Shown here: one piece after another, positions 22,793 through 32,441 of the stretch
Layout of the letters: each line of letters starts with the position of its first letter
How positions within the stretch are numbered: the stretch's first letter is position 1
Source of the DNA: an uncultured Verrucomicrobiae bacterium
Lineage (GTDB): Bacteria > Verrucomicrobiota > Verrucomicrobiia > Chthoniobacterales > Chthoniobacteraceae
Direction: 5' to 3'
Assembly: GCA_963836755.1 (NCBI GenBank)
Contig: CAWIKF010000002.1
Location: forward strand, 1,504,001-1,568,000
Length of the DNA stretch: 64,000 nucleotides
Translations under genes and position numbers: made by a program
The notes under the pieces: model-generated
Told to the model about the DNA's origin: nothing
Seen by the model: only the letters and a program-made list of their open reading frames with translations
Database searches by the model: none

Positions 22793-24454
22793 CTACCGCG
22801 CAGCGTGGAGCGTGAGGATGCGCTCTACCTCGGCGATTGCCTCGAGGTTTTGATGCGCGCTGTGACCGGACGGGACAATCAACTCGGATTTCGCCCCCGG
22901 CATGTGACTGCTCCAGTAGGGGACGACGCCGTCGGACATTGTCGGGTTCGTCTGGTCTTTGTTCCCGTCCTTTCCTCGATCGCCGCAGATGACGTGATAC
23001 GGAATCCCCGGTGTGATCGGGATGGTATTGATCGCTTTCACAAAGCGATTGTTCGGCGCAAGCGTGTCGACGCTGTTCGGGATGCGTTTGAGCTTCAGGT
23101 CGTCAGCTCCAAACGCCGCCGCGTCGATCGCTTCGGCACCCACTTTGAGCAAAGTCGTCGGCGAGCGCACGAGCATTGAGCCGATCCGGCCGAGCCAGTT
23201 GCTCGCGAGATTGCTGCCTCGCAGCGGCGAGGAGATGAAAATCACGCGTCCCACTTCCGGCCTGTGCTGAAAGATCAGCGCGTCGGTCAGAAGCTTCCGG
23301 TTTTCGGGCGAAAGTTTTGTTTGCTCCGGAGTTTTTTTGAAAATCGCCGTCCAAAGTTTGTCCCCGGTGTCGGTGATGAGCAGCCGGCTGATACAGCCGC
23401 CCATGCTGTGCCCGATGACAACAATTTTACGCCGCAGCGGGAAACGTTTTTCGATCGCATCCAACTGGTGACGCAGGATGAGAGCGGAGTAAGGATAAGG
23501 ATAGCCGCTCGGGTAGCTGTAAAACCAGAATTGGTAATTGCGGCGAATTCGCTCATCGCCGCGCAGATGATTGAGCATCGGCGCCCAAGTCGCGGGCGAG
23601 TCCATCAACCCATGGATGACAAGGACGACGGTCTTATCGGGATCGTAGGGCTGAAGCCGCGCGATGCGTGCGGTCTCGGCATATTTCTCCGGACGCAGCA
23701 GGCGCGAGAGTTCCTGCTTTTTCGGGTTCATGGACTTCAGCATCACAGCCAGCGGCACGGTGAAATCCGCCGCGAGCGCATAAGACCTATTGCCCAGGCG
23801 GACGGTCTCGACATCCAGCGGATCCTCGAAATCAATCACGGCGCGGCGTCCCTCAAAACGAATGATCGCTGTGACACCGTAGAAGATTCGCTTGGTGGTA
23901 AAGTCCCGGTCAGCTCCTGCGTAATCGGCGCGCGCAACGGCAACCAACGGTGCGCCGATCCCTTCCCTTCGAACTCTCTCTTTCACATAGGTGCCGCGCA
24001 CGTCAAATTGATCAGCAGGGGTGAAATCGTAAAGCGCCGGGTTTCGCTGCGGGCGCGGGTCGGGCTTGTGCGCCAGCACGAATTCCCCACCGGCGGATGG
24101 CACGCGCAGCGGTTGCGACCACGGCTCGAGCTTCGCGCTTTTGAGCACGGTGAAAACGCGAGCAACAGCAAAGTTGTAGCGCTCACGCGCGGCTATGTCC
24201 GCGGGATTTGTCTTAAGCTGTCGCGCCGCCGAATCGGCGGCTGCCAGAAATTCACCGAGCGCTGCCCGCGGCTCACGGCGCTCCTCGCGCATGGCGATTT
24301 CGAAGCCCTGGGTTTCCTTCTGCGCAGTCGCCGCATCGACCAAGCCGCGGACGGGGCGAAAGGTCGGTTTCTTTTCGGAGATCGTTGCATATTGCGCGCA
24401 GCCGGCGAGAAGCAGAGCTGCTGCGGCTACGAGACCGAGCTTGGAGAGGTTCAT
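22793..24454 (-). CDS. Alpha/beta-hydrolase (lipase-like) lipoprotein, paralog of 2089-3711
   Basis: LLAGC lipobox, IHGLMDS, GHSMGG, SDGVVPYWSSH; shares YSYPSGYPYPYS with paralog. Confidence 0.87.
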   Translation of the reverse strand: MNLSKLGLVAAAALLLAGCAQYATISEKKPTFRPVRGLVDAATAQKETQGFEIAMREERREPRAALGEFLAAADSAARQLKTNPADIAARERYNFAVARVFTVLKSAKLEPWSQPLRVPSAGGEFVLAHKPDPRPQRNPALYDFTPADQFDVRGTYVKERVRREGIGAPLVAVARADYAGADRDFTTKRIFYGVTAIIRFEGRRAVIDFEDPLDVETVRLGNRSYALAADFTVPLAVMLKSMNPKKQELSRLLRPEKYAETARIARLQPYDPDKTVVLVIHGLMDSPATWAPMLNHLRGDERIRRNYQFWFYSYPSGYPYPYSALILRHQLDAIEKRFPLRRKIVVIGHSMGGCISRLLITDTGDKLWTAIFKKTPEQTKLSPENRKLLTDALIFQHRPEVGRVIFISSPLRGSNLASNWLGRIGSMLVRSPTTLLKVGAEAIDAAAFGADDLKLKRIPNSVDTLAPNNRFVKAINTIPITPGIPYHVICGDRGKDGNKDQTNPTMSDGVVPYWSSHMPGAKSELIVPSGHSAHQNLEAIAEVERILTLHAAR

Positions 24455-24529
24455 GAAATCCAGGTTTGGGCGCTTGAGTGACGCGACGCCAGTTGAATTG
24501 GATATTGGACGACTCAGACGGGCGTGCAC

Positions 24530-24547
24530 ATAGGACCTTTGTCCTAT
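24530..24547. promoter_or_regulatory. 18-bp palindromic box ATAGGACCTTTGTCCTAT
   Basis: Perfect 7-bp arms ATAGGAC/GTCCTAT; upstream of hydrolase operon. Confidence 0.78.
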
Positions 24548-24592
24548 AGCAAACCGCCGTCGCCGGATTCGCGGAGTCAGCTTGATCGCGGA

Positions 24593-24610
24593 ATAGGATC
24601 AAGGTCCGAT
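24593..24610. promoter_or_regulatory. 18-bp palindromic box ATAGGATCAAGGTCCGAT
   Basis: Second copy 63 bp from the previous one. Confidence 0.68.
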
Positions 24611-24775
24611 ACTCGTTTCCAGCCGGGAATCCGGAATTCGTAGATATCCCCGCGCGTGGCACCTTGCTCATTTTTGGCCTTTCTCCTTCGTTTTGAGGCG
24701 TTTTTGGGTGAAAAGCGGGTGCTTTTCGTGAAAATTGGCCTCCGGGAGCGCCTTTCGAGGATCGACTTTGAGCCG

Positions 24776-25006
24776 GGAGCGAACAAACCGCTCCCGGGAG
24801 CGGATGAACCGCTCCTCGGAGCGGACGGTCCGCGCTTCGGAGCGGATGAGCCGCTCCTCGGGGTGGACAAGCCGCGCTTCGGAGCGGATGAGCCGCTCCT
24901 CGGGGTGGACAAGCCGCGCTTCGGGGTGGACGAGCCGCGCTTCGGGGTGGACGAACCGCGTTTCGGGGTGGACGAACCGCGCCTCGGGGTGGACGGGCGC
25001 GCTCGC
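24776..25006 (+). repeat. Tandem array of 11 x 21-bp hairpin-like units (GGAGCGGATGAACCGCTCCTC family)
   Basis: Units read directly at 21-bp spacing; ends 26 bp from tmRNA 3' end. Confidence 0.92.
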
Positions 25007-25032
25007 GCAGCTGTAAATTTTCTAAAATGAAG

Positions 25033-25388
25033 TGGAGGCGAGGGGAGTCGAACCCCTGTCCTTGCCATTATCTACGCAAGTTTCTACATGTTTAGCCCGC
25101 CTTGAATTGTCGGGCCGCGGCTGCTGGCTGGCGCGCTGCTTTGGCCTTAGCGACCACGAAATCGATTCACTCGCCGGCGCGGTCACTCCGCTGGCGAGCC
25201 AGCCTGCTGTCGTCGCTCCCTCGCCGTAGCAGGCGTCCGGCGGGAAACGTCACGGTCAATTAAGCCGCGAGAGCGAGATCTTCGTAATCTGCGTTTATGT
25301 TTTTGACTCGAGAGTTTTACGAGGCCAACGAGTCATCCTCGACATGCCGCCTGCGCTTCAAACAACGAGTCGAAACCAGTGCGCCCCC
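25033..25388 (-). ncRNA. ssrA: tmRNA
   Basis: 5' GGGGGCGCACTGGTTTCGAC, 3' T-arm GGGGTTCGACTCCCC + CGCCTCCA; tag frame ADYEDLALAA*. Confidence 0.95.
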
Positions 25389-25492
25389 TTTTTTTGAGGA
25401 GGCGGAAAAGCTACACGCATGGCGATCGATTGCAACCCGCAATGGCGCTTGCCGCTGGTCTTGGCGGCATCGCGAGCATAAAGTGCGAGGGA

Positions 25493-25663
25493 ATGAAAAA
25501 GCTCCATGCCAGTCTTCTCTGCGTTTTGGTTTGTTTAACGGGCTGTGCGCATGGACACCGTCAGCCGCGCTCCTCCGCAGAAATCATCATGGAGGGAGAT
25601 CGGAATCCAAACATCCGCGACGATGTGCAGCACGCCGGCGAGACAGTGCGGGAAGCTCGCTGA
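25493..25663 (+). CDS. Small putative lipoprotein
   Basis: MKKLHASLLCVLVCLTGC lipobox-like signal. Confidence 0.55.
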   Translation: MKKLHASLLCVLVCLTGCAHGHRQPRSSAEIIMEGDRNPNIRDDVQHAGETVREAR

Positions 25664-25697
25664 TTTGGCGGTTGTTTAAAAAGCGCGGTGACTGCGA

Positions 25698-26465
25698 TCA
25701 AACTCGGCCCGTTCCCCAGCGGCGGTGCAAAAAGCGCTCCCACGGCGAAAACAGAATTTTGTCCGCGAGCAATCCGATGATCACGATGACGAACATTATC
25801 CCGATCACCTGATCCATCGCATTGAGTTCGCGACCGTTGTGCAGCAAATTTCCGAGGCCAAAGCCGGTCAGGATCGTCACAAAAATTTCCGCAGCCATCA
25901 GCGAGCGCCACGCGAAGGCCCAGCCTTGTTTCATGCCGCTGACCACGAACGGCAGCGAAGCGGGCAAAATCACGCGGAGCCAGGTGTGAAGCTGCTTTGA
26001 GCCCATCGTCTTCGCCGCGCGCGCGAAGATCGGCGGCACATTGCGCACGCCATTTTCGGTGGCGATGATCACCGACCAGAGCGTTCCCATGATGACGATG
26101 AACAGCATCGCCGCCTCCGTCTGCCCGAACCATAAAAGCGCGAGCGGCACCCAGCAAACGCTAGGCAACGTTTGTAAACCAAGCGCAAGCACTCCGAGCG
26201 TGTCCTCGAGAAACTTCCAGCGCGCCGTCAACAACCCGAGCGGCAGCCCCACGACGAGCCCGATGAAATAACCGAGCAGCAGCCGCTTCATCGTGACAAA
26301 AATTGCCTGCCACAAAGTCCCATCCTGCGAAGCCGACCACAAATATTCGCCGACACTTTTCGGATCCGGCAGCAGCACGGGCGACCAAATTTTCGCGAGC
26401 ACCAGTTCATGCCAGAGCAGCAACAGCCCGCCAAAAAAGAGCAGCGACCAAATAACGCGTCTCAT
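25698..26465 (-). CDS. ABC transporter permease, nitrate/sulfonate type (SsuC-like)
   Basis: LQTLPSVCWVPLA, AAKTMG, AWRSLMAAE. Confidence 0.92.
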   Translation of the reverse strand: MRRVIWSLLFFGGLLLLWHELVLAKIWSPVLLPDPKSVGEYLWSASQDGTLWQAIFVTMKRLLLGYFIGLVVGLPLGLLTARWKFLEDTLGVLALGLQTLPSVCWVPLALLWFGQTEAAMLFIVIMGTLWSVIIATENGVRNVPPIFARAAKTMGSKQLHTWLRVILPASLPFVVSGMKQGWAFAWRSLMAAEIFVTILTGFGLGNLLHNGRELNAMDQVIGIMFVIVIIGLLADKILFSPWERFLHRRWGTGRV

Positions 26466-27269
26466 TCCTCGATCTCGGTTTTCACGTAGCCTTTGAGCGC
26501 GCGCATGATCTCCGTGGAGTAGCCCGCAAGCTCGATGCTGTTGATGTCTCGCGGCCGTTCGAGCTCAATGGAAAATTGCTCGCGAATTCTGCCGGGATGC
26601 GGCGAAAAAAGGATAACCCGGTCGCCGAGACATGCGGCTTCGCGGACATTGTGCGTCACAAAGACGATGGTCTTTTTACGCGCCGCCCAAATTTTCTGAA
26701 TGTCGCCGTAAAGCTGCTCGCGCGTGAGCGCATCGAGCGCCGCGAAGGGCTCGTCCATCAAGAGCACGCGCGGGTTCGGCGCGAGCGCGCGGGCCAGCGC
26801 GACACGCTGCTTCATTCCGCCGGAAAGCTCATGGATATTGGCATTCGCGAAGTTTTTCAGGCCGACGAGATTGAGGTAAAATTTTGCGACCTCGCGCCGT
26901 TCGCTGTTGTTTAAATTTCGGTTTCAGCTTCAGCCCGAACATCACGTTCCCCATCACATCGAGCCACGGAAAAAGCGCCGATTCCTGGAACATCACCATG
27001 CGGTCGCGTCCGGGCGCGCCTACCAGTTTGCCATCCGCCAGCACCTGTCCTTGATCGGGTTTTTCCAAGCCAGCGATGATGTTGAGCAGCGTAGATTTTC
27101 CGCAGCCACTCGGGCCCACGAGGCAGACGAACTCGCCTTCGTTCACATTGAGCGAGACGTTGTCGAGTGCCTGAACTTTCTGCCCTCGCTCCGTGCGAAA
27201 TTCCTTTGAAACCCGCTCTACAGCAAGTTTCGAGGGCTCAATGACCTGGAGCTCATCCGTGACTGGCAT
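26462..27269 (-). CDS. ABC transporter ATPase (SsuB/TauB-like), frameshift near 26917
   Basis: GPSGCGKST in 26829-27269; [26 protein letters not shown] in the other frame. Confidence 0.88.
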
Positions 27270-27290
27270 CGGAGAAAAGTTACAATCTGT

Positions 27291-28253
27291 TTACGGAGCG
27301 ACGATCAACCGTCCGAGATCCGGCGAGCTGCGAAGGAAGCCCGCCGCCTTCGCGTTTGCGACAAATTTTTCCAGCGAAGCGCGTGAAAGTTCGTTGGTCA
27401 AAATGATGCGCGGCCATGCGTGCGCGATGAGTTCCGCCGACATTTGTTTTTTCATTTCCTCGCTCAATTCCTCGCGCGCGAGCTTCTGCGCCTCCGCCGG
27501 GTTTTTTAAAATCCAATCGGTCAAATTGCGATGCGCCTGGGCGAACTTTTTCGCGAGATCGGGTTTTTCTTTTAAAAATTTCACGCTCGAAACGAGCACC
27601 GTGGTCGTCGTTTCGTTTTCCTCCACCAGCGCCTTTGCCCCCGCTTCCATCTCGAGCCGCGAGACCCACGGCTCAACGGTCCACGCGGCATCGATTTTCT
27701 TCGTTTGGAAAAGCCCGAGCTGATCGGGATTTTGCGTCGGCAGAATCTGCGCGTCGCCGCCAAGCTGGTTGATTTTCAAGCCACCGGCCGCGAGCCACGC
27801 GCGGCACGAGATGTCCTGCGTGTTCCCGAGCTGTGGCGTGGCGATGCGTTTGCCGCGAAAATCGGCGGCTGTTTTTAAATTTTCGTCAGGCTGCACGACC
27901 AGCGCCGCGCCGCCATTGGCCGCATTTGCGAGCATGCGGATTTCTTCGCCACCCGATTTCGAATATGCATTCAGCGCCGGGCTCGGGCCGACGTAGGTAA
28001 GGTCCACCGAGTTTGCAAAAATCGCCTCCATCGCGCTCGGGCCGGCATTATAAACAAACCACTGCAGCTCCACATCCGGGCCGAGCCGCTGCTCAAACCA
28101 GCCTTTGCCTTGGCGCGAGAGGGCGTGCGCGACGAGGCCCTGCACGTGCGTGATATTGGGAAAATGCCCGACACGGATCGTCGTTTTTTCCGCGCTGAAA
28201 GCCTGCGCGATGGTGGCAGAGAAAATGATGAAAGATTTGATGAAGATGTTCAT
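27291..28253 (-). CDS. ABC transporter substrate-binding protein (SsuA-like)
   Basis: Signal peptide from ATG 28253; GHFPNITH, NAGPSAMEA, TPQLGNTQD, EPW. Confidence 0.9.
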   Translation of the reverse strand: MNIFIKSFIIFSATIAQAFSAEKTTIRVGHFPNITHVQGLVAHALSRQGKGWFEQRLGPDVELQWFVYNAGPSAMEAIFANSVDLTYVGPSPALNAYSKSGGEEIRMLANAANGGAALVVQPDENLKTAADFRGKRIATPQLGNTQDISCRAWLAAGGLKINQLGGDAQILPTQNPDQLGLFQTKKIDAAWTVEPWVSRLEMEAGAKALVEENETTTTVLVSSVKFLKEKPDLAKKFAQAHRNLTDWILKNPAEAQKLAREELSEEMKKQMSAELIAHAWPRIILTNELSRASLEKFVANAKAAGFLRSSPDLGRLIVAP

Positions 28254-28342
28254 GGTTTCGTTGGCTTGTTGCGAACGGAGTTTTGGCACGCGCCTTAAAA
28301 ACCATTTGCCGGTGAAGGCCAATCTTTTTCCGTTTCGCTTTA

Positions 28343-29518
28343 TTATAAAGCGGCCCGCAAAACTTCCGCGACTCGTGAAAGTTCCTCGCGCGTGTTGTAA
28401 AAATGCGGCGAGAGGCGCAGATATGCCAGACCCGCGCGATCGTAACGAAGCGATGCGATGATGCGATTTTGCTCGAGCGCGCGGAAGAGCGCGGCCATGT
28501 CCGCGTGTGGATGGCGGAACGTGGTGATGCCGGAAATGTTCGGGCCGCTCGTCGGCGCGATGAACTCGAAACCGAGCGGTTCGAGATCGGAAACGATCTG
28601 TGATTTCAACTCCAGAATGCGCCGCTCCACTTTGTCTAAACCGACGTTGAGCAACATCTCGATCGCGGCGCGCATCCCATAAACTCCCGCGACGTTGAGC
28701 ACGCCAGGTTCGTAGCGCTGCGCGGTGTCGTGAAAGTTGATTTCGTCCTGGGTGATGAAGTTCGGCGAGCACACATTCCAGGCGCCGAGCAATGTGGGCC
28801 GTAGTAGCGGGAAGTGTTCTTTTTTTACAAAAACAATCCCGATGGCCATTGGCCCGAGCATCCATTTATGCGCATCGGCGCTCAGGAAATCGACGTGCGC
28901 GACCGAGAGCGGCGCGGCGCCAAGCGTCTGGATCGCATCGAGTGAAAAAAGCACACCGCGGTCGTGCAGAAGCCGGCCGATTGCGTCCACGTCGATGCGA
29001 TAACCTGTTAAAAAGTTGCAGGAGGCGAGGGCGGCGAGGCGCGTGCGGGGCGTGAGCGCCGCCGCGATGAGATCGGGCGTGATTTCGCCGGCGCGTTCCG
29101 GCTTGAGATAGCGAATGACGACGCCGCGGCGCGCAAGGTCGAGCCACGGATAAACGTTCGCCGGATAATCATCGGCGTAGCACAAAATCTCGTCGCCCTC
29201 GCTCCACGGCAGGCCATTCGCGAACAAACTCAGCCCGAGCGATGTCGGCCCGAGCAGCGCGATTTCGTCCGCTTGCGCTCCGATGAATTTTGCGGCGATG
29301 GCGCGCGTTTCCTGAATCACGCGCAGCACTTCCCCGAACTCCTGGTGATTCTCGCACGAGCGTTTTGTGTATTGGATCACCGCGTCCGCGACGCACTGCG
29401 GCAGCGCGGTGACGCCTGCGTGCGCGAGAAAAGTTTGATTCCGACAGACAGGAAATGCCGCGGCCCGCGCCGCTTCATCGAGCTGTGAGAAATCGGCTGG
29501 GAATCCTGCTCCCATCAC
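28343..29518 (-). CDS. Class V PLP-dependent aminotransferase (cysteine desulfurase-like)
   Basis: LDAIQTLG, ADAHKWMLGP PLP lysine, RLSPHFYN. Confidence 0.9.
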   Translation of the reverse strand: MMGAGFPADFSQLDEAARAAAFPVCRNQTFLAHAGVTALPQCVADAVIQYTKRSCENHQEFGEVLRVIQETRAIAAKFIGAQADEIALLGPTSLGLSLFANGLPWSEGDEILCYADDYPANVYPWLDLARRGVVIRYLKPERAGEITPDLIAAALTPRTRLAALASCNFLTGYRIDVDAIGRLLHDRGVLFSLDAIQTLGAAPLSVAHVDFLSADAHKWMLGPMAIGIVFVKKEHFPLLRPTLLGAWNVCSPNFITQDEINFHDTAQRYEPGVLNVAGVYGMRAAIEMLLNVGLDKVERRILELKSQIVSDLEPLGFEFIAPTSGPNISGITTFRHPHADMAALFRALEQNRIIASLRYDRAGLAYLRLSPHFYNTREELSRVAEVLRAAL

Positions 29519-29877
29519 GGTTTGCGGGCGTTTTCGCCTTCCTGGATCAGCTTCCAGAATTCCTTCGCCTGCCCGAGCTGGTCGTCCTCAGCCATCGGAA
29601 GTTTCGTGCGAAAAAGAAAATCGCGAATCGTGTTTTTGTGCAGCACGCGGTGGATCGTGATCCCCTCAGCGCTCTTCGCGAAATAAATGCGATAGTCTTT
29701 CGCGCGGTAACGAAAAAGTCTGCGGCCCTCGCGTTCGATGAGACCAAACTTTTCCGAATCGAGATTGTCGAGATCGGTCGGGAGCACTTGAAATTCCGCG
29801 AGCAAATCGAGCTGAAGTTCCTTTGGCAGGCGCGACATTTCTGCGGCGCTAATTTTGTTAAAAACAATTTGGAACAT
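29515..29877 (-). CDS. RelE/ParE-like protein
   Basis: MFQIVFNKISAAEM...LFRYRAKDYRIYF...HRVLHK. Confidence 0.7.
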   Translation of the reverse strand: MFQIVFNKISAAEMSRLPKELQLDLLAEFQVLPTDLDNLDSEKFGLIEREGRRLFRYRAKDYRIYFAKSAEGITIHRVLHKNTIRDFLFRTKLPMAEDDQLGQAKEFWKLIQEGENARKP

Positions 29878-29927
29878 CGGCTGGTAGTCGCGAAAGCCGC
29901 GCAGCATTGCATTCGCACGCGGAGATT

Positions 29928-31034
29928 TCAAACATAGACCCGCTCCACGCGGCTGCTGATGCCGGTGAAAATTTCCCACGCGATCGTCCCGGCGCGGCGC
30001 GCGAGGTCGGCGGCAAAAATTTCATCGCGTCCCTGCGCGCCGATGAGCGCGACTTCGTCGCCGCATTCGACCTCGGGCGAATGCGTCACGTCCGCCATGA
30101 TCTGATCCATCGTCACGCGGCCAAGAACCGGACAGCGCCGCCCGCGGATGAGCACCTCGGCGCCGGTGTTTGACAGGCGTCGCGGGTAACCGTCTGCGTA
30201 GCCGATGGCGAGCGTGGCGATGCGCATCGCATGCGGTGTGATGAACGTGCGGCCGTAGCTCACGCCGCGTCCGGCGCCGAAATCGCGCACCAGTGTGACG
30301 CGGCTTTTCAAGGTCATCACCGCTCGCAATTCGCTCTGAAATTCCGGCAAAGGCGAGCTGCCATAAAGCATCAGCCCGGCGCGCACGAGCGTCTGCGCGT
30401 GCGTGGAAAAACAGAGCACTCCGGCGCTGTTCAGCGTGTGGACGATGGGCGCCCGAATGCCCATTTCGCAAAGATCGGCGACGAGTTTCTCAAAATGGGC
30501 CAGCTGCTCGCGCGTAAAAGTTTCGTCCTCGTCGGCGACAGGCAAATGCGTCGCAATGCCCGCCAGCTCTACGTTCGCGAGCTGCGTGATTTCGCGTGCC
30601 AGCTCTCGCGCCTCATCCTGCCAAACGCCGATGCGGCCCATGCCAGTGTCGATCACGAGGTGAATCCGCACACGCGTGCCGCGAGCGAGCGCGCCATAAG
30701 CGGCCGCCTCCTCCAGTGTCGAAACCGCAGGCACAAAACCGCTTTCGGCGATTTCTTCGCGCTCATCGGGAAGCGCCGGTCCGAGCAAAAATATCTCTGG
30801 CTCGGACGTGCCGAGAGCTTCGCGCAGCGCTCGCGCTTCCGCTACATTCGCGACGCCAAACATGCGGACTTCATTGCGAATCGCATTCGCAATTTCCCGC
30901 ATCCCATGGCCATAGGCATTCGCTTTCACGATCGCCATCACCTCGGAATTTGCGCCGATTTTTTTACGGGCCACGCCGAGATTATGGCGCACCGCACCGA
31001 GATCAATTTCCGCCCAGCAGCGGCGGGTTTTCAC
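29928..31034 (-). CDS. alr: Alanine racemase
   Basis: IVKANAYGHG, IDTGMGRIG, GYADG, GRVTMDQ. Confidence 0.96.
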   Translation of the reverse strand: MKTRRCWAEIDLGAVRHNLGVARKKIGANSEVMAIVKANAYGHGMREIANAIRNEVRMFGVANVAEARALREALGTSEPEIFLLGPALPDEREEIAESGFVPAVSTLEEAAAYGALARGTRVRIHLVIDTGMGRIGVWQDEARELAREITQLANVELAGIATHLPVADEDETFTREQLAHFEKLVADLCEMGIRAPIVHTLNSAGVLCFSTHAQTLVRAGLMLYGSSPLPEFQSELRAVMTLKSRVTLVRDFGAGRGVSYGRTFITPHAMRIATLAIGYADGYPRRLSNTGAEVLIRGRRCPVLGRVTMDQIMADVTHSPEVECGDEVALIGAQGRDEIFAADLARRAGTIAWEIFTGISSRVERVYV

Positions 31035-31567
31035 GCGACGAATTGCGGTGCGGGCGCGTTCTCCACCAGCTCGCGCAAATGCGTAAGACTCCGCTCAAAA
31101 TAGCGGCCGATCATCCAGACGAAAACCAGATCGATGTAGCGCGTATATGGGTTCGCCAAAGCGACCCAGCTGCAGACCCAGGTGACGCGCGTGTTCGCGC
31201 CGATCGGCTCCAGCGACAAGACTCCCTCGAAATGATATTTGCCATCGGTGAGATCGAGATCGTAGGCCACGCGCTCGTCGGGCACGCTCTGCGTGATGTG
31301 CAGCGCCCCATCCATTTTGCGGCTGCTCCAGCGCTGAGTCGCGCCGACGCCGGCTGGTGCGCCGTCGTAGGAAAAGCGCATCTCCTCGCACCGCGCCCAA
31401 TCCGTCCAAAGCGGCCAATTGCGCAGATCATTGAGCAGCGGAAAAATGTCCGCCGGATTCCCTCGCATGACGGCGCGGCGGACCACGCGCGGGCGGCGGC
31501 TGAGAAACCACGGCAGCGCGAGGAAAAATGAAACGAGCGCGATGAGGCGAAGGTGGATTCTATTCAT
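31031..31567 (-). CDS. SRPBCC/START-like family protein
   Basis: N-terminal TM, IFPLLNDLRNWPLW, G..GVGA..W, TRVTW. Confidence 0.8.
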   Translation of the reverse strand: MNRIHLRLIALVSFFLALPWFLSRRPRVVRRAVMRGNPADIFPLLNDLRNWPLWTDWARCEEMRFSYDGAPAGVGATQRWSSRKMDGALHITQSVPDERVAYDLDLTDGKYHFEGVLSLEPIGANTRVTWVCSWVALANPYTRYIDLVFVWMIGRYFERSLTHLRELVENAPAPQFVA

Positions 31568-31677
31568 GATGCAATTTGGTTGCGTTTACGGTCGGACGGA
31601 AAACGGCGGACGAAAGTGTGTTTGATATCGACAGAAAAAAACGCAAATCACAAGCTGACAAAACCCGAACTTTGCCA

Positions 31678-32439
31678 ATGAAAAAAATCCCGCTTTTCCT
31701 TTTTGCCGCCGTTTTCGCATTTGCTCCGGCGATCTCACAAGCGGCGGTCGAATCGAAAAAATCCGACTCCGTGGAAGCTGCCGCTTCGCCCACTCCGGCG
31801 ACGCAAAGACGAGTTCACCATCGCTACGCGGAGACACCATCGCCGTCGCCCACGCCTGCGCCCGTCGAGAAAAAACGTTCGTGGTTTTATTGGCTCTTTC
31901 ATCACAAGCCGCAGGCTGCCGCCGTTTCTCCGACGCCTTCGCCAACGCCGGCCACGGTGAAAAAACATCGTCCAAAAGCGAAGCCGACGCCGGCCGAGGA
32001 GACGTCCGCGCCAACTCCGAATGAACATGTGAAAAAAGTTCCGGCGCCGGTTAAAAAAGAAGCAACTGCGCCGACTCCCGCTCCGAGTCCGAAAAAAACA
32101 AAGCCAAAAACAACGGAGGAATCTGAACAGGCCAACGGACTCAACGAACCTGTCCCGTTCGTCCCAAATACCCCATCCACGGAGTCAAAAACTTCCGTCA
32201 AGCCGCTGCCGAATTCCGCGCAGGAAATGGCGCGCTTTCGCGAGGTCAAGGCAAAGGCGCTCGCCGATCCGCATGTGAAGGAATTGCAGGAAAAGTCCGA
32301 CGGTGCCGCGGAAGGCGACGATCAGCAAAGTGCTTCGAAAGAATATTACCGCGCGTTGTTTAACAAGATGCGGAAGCTGGATCCGTCGCTGAAGGAGCGG
32401 ATTGATCGCACCGAGGCGGCGACGCTGCGACGCTTGTAG
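31678..32439 (+). CDS. Secreted Pro/Thr/Lys-rich hypothetical protein
   Basis: Signal peptide, SPTP repeats, helical C-terminal domain. Confidence 0.7.
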   Translation: MKKIPLFLFAAVFAFAPAISQAAVESKKSDSVEAAASPTPATQRRVHHRYAETPSPSPTPAPVEKKRSWFYWLFHHKPQAAAVSPTPSPTPATVKKHRPKAKPTPAEETSAPTPNEHVKKVPAPVKKEATAPTPAPSPKKTKPKTTEESEQANGLNEPVPFVPNTPSTESKTSVKPLPNSAQEMARFREVKAKALADPHVKELQEKSDGAAEGDDQQSASKEYYRALFNKMRKLDPSLKERIDRTEAATLRRL

Positions 32440-32441
32440 AA

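Noticed and set aside
24776..25006. CRISPR interpretation of the 21-bp arrays (also 45295-45588 and 55042-55335)
   Set aside because: Total period is only 21 bp, there is no repeat plus unique 26-45 bp spacer structure, and no cas genes are in the window.
24577..25068. ORFs across the repeat arrays (24577-25068, 24656-25030, 45074-45637, 45191-45547)
   Set aside because: Open frames are a by-product of stop-free 21-bp units; one overlaps tmRNA; no independent coding evidence.
25033..25080. att duplication of the tmRNA or tRNA-Phe 3' end, or an adjacent integrase
   Set aside because: No second copy and no integrase/transposase ORF found in the window, so island status is unproven.
26900..26930. 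Programmed ribosomal frameshifting at the split genes
   Set aside because: No convincing slippery site plus stimulator, and these families are not known to use recoding; sequencing error or mutation is simpler.
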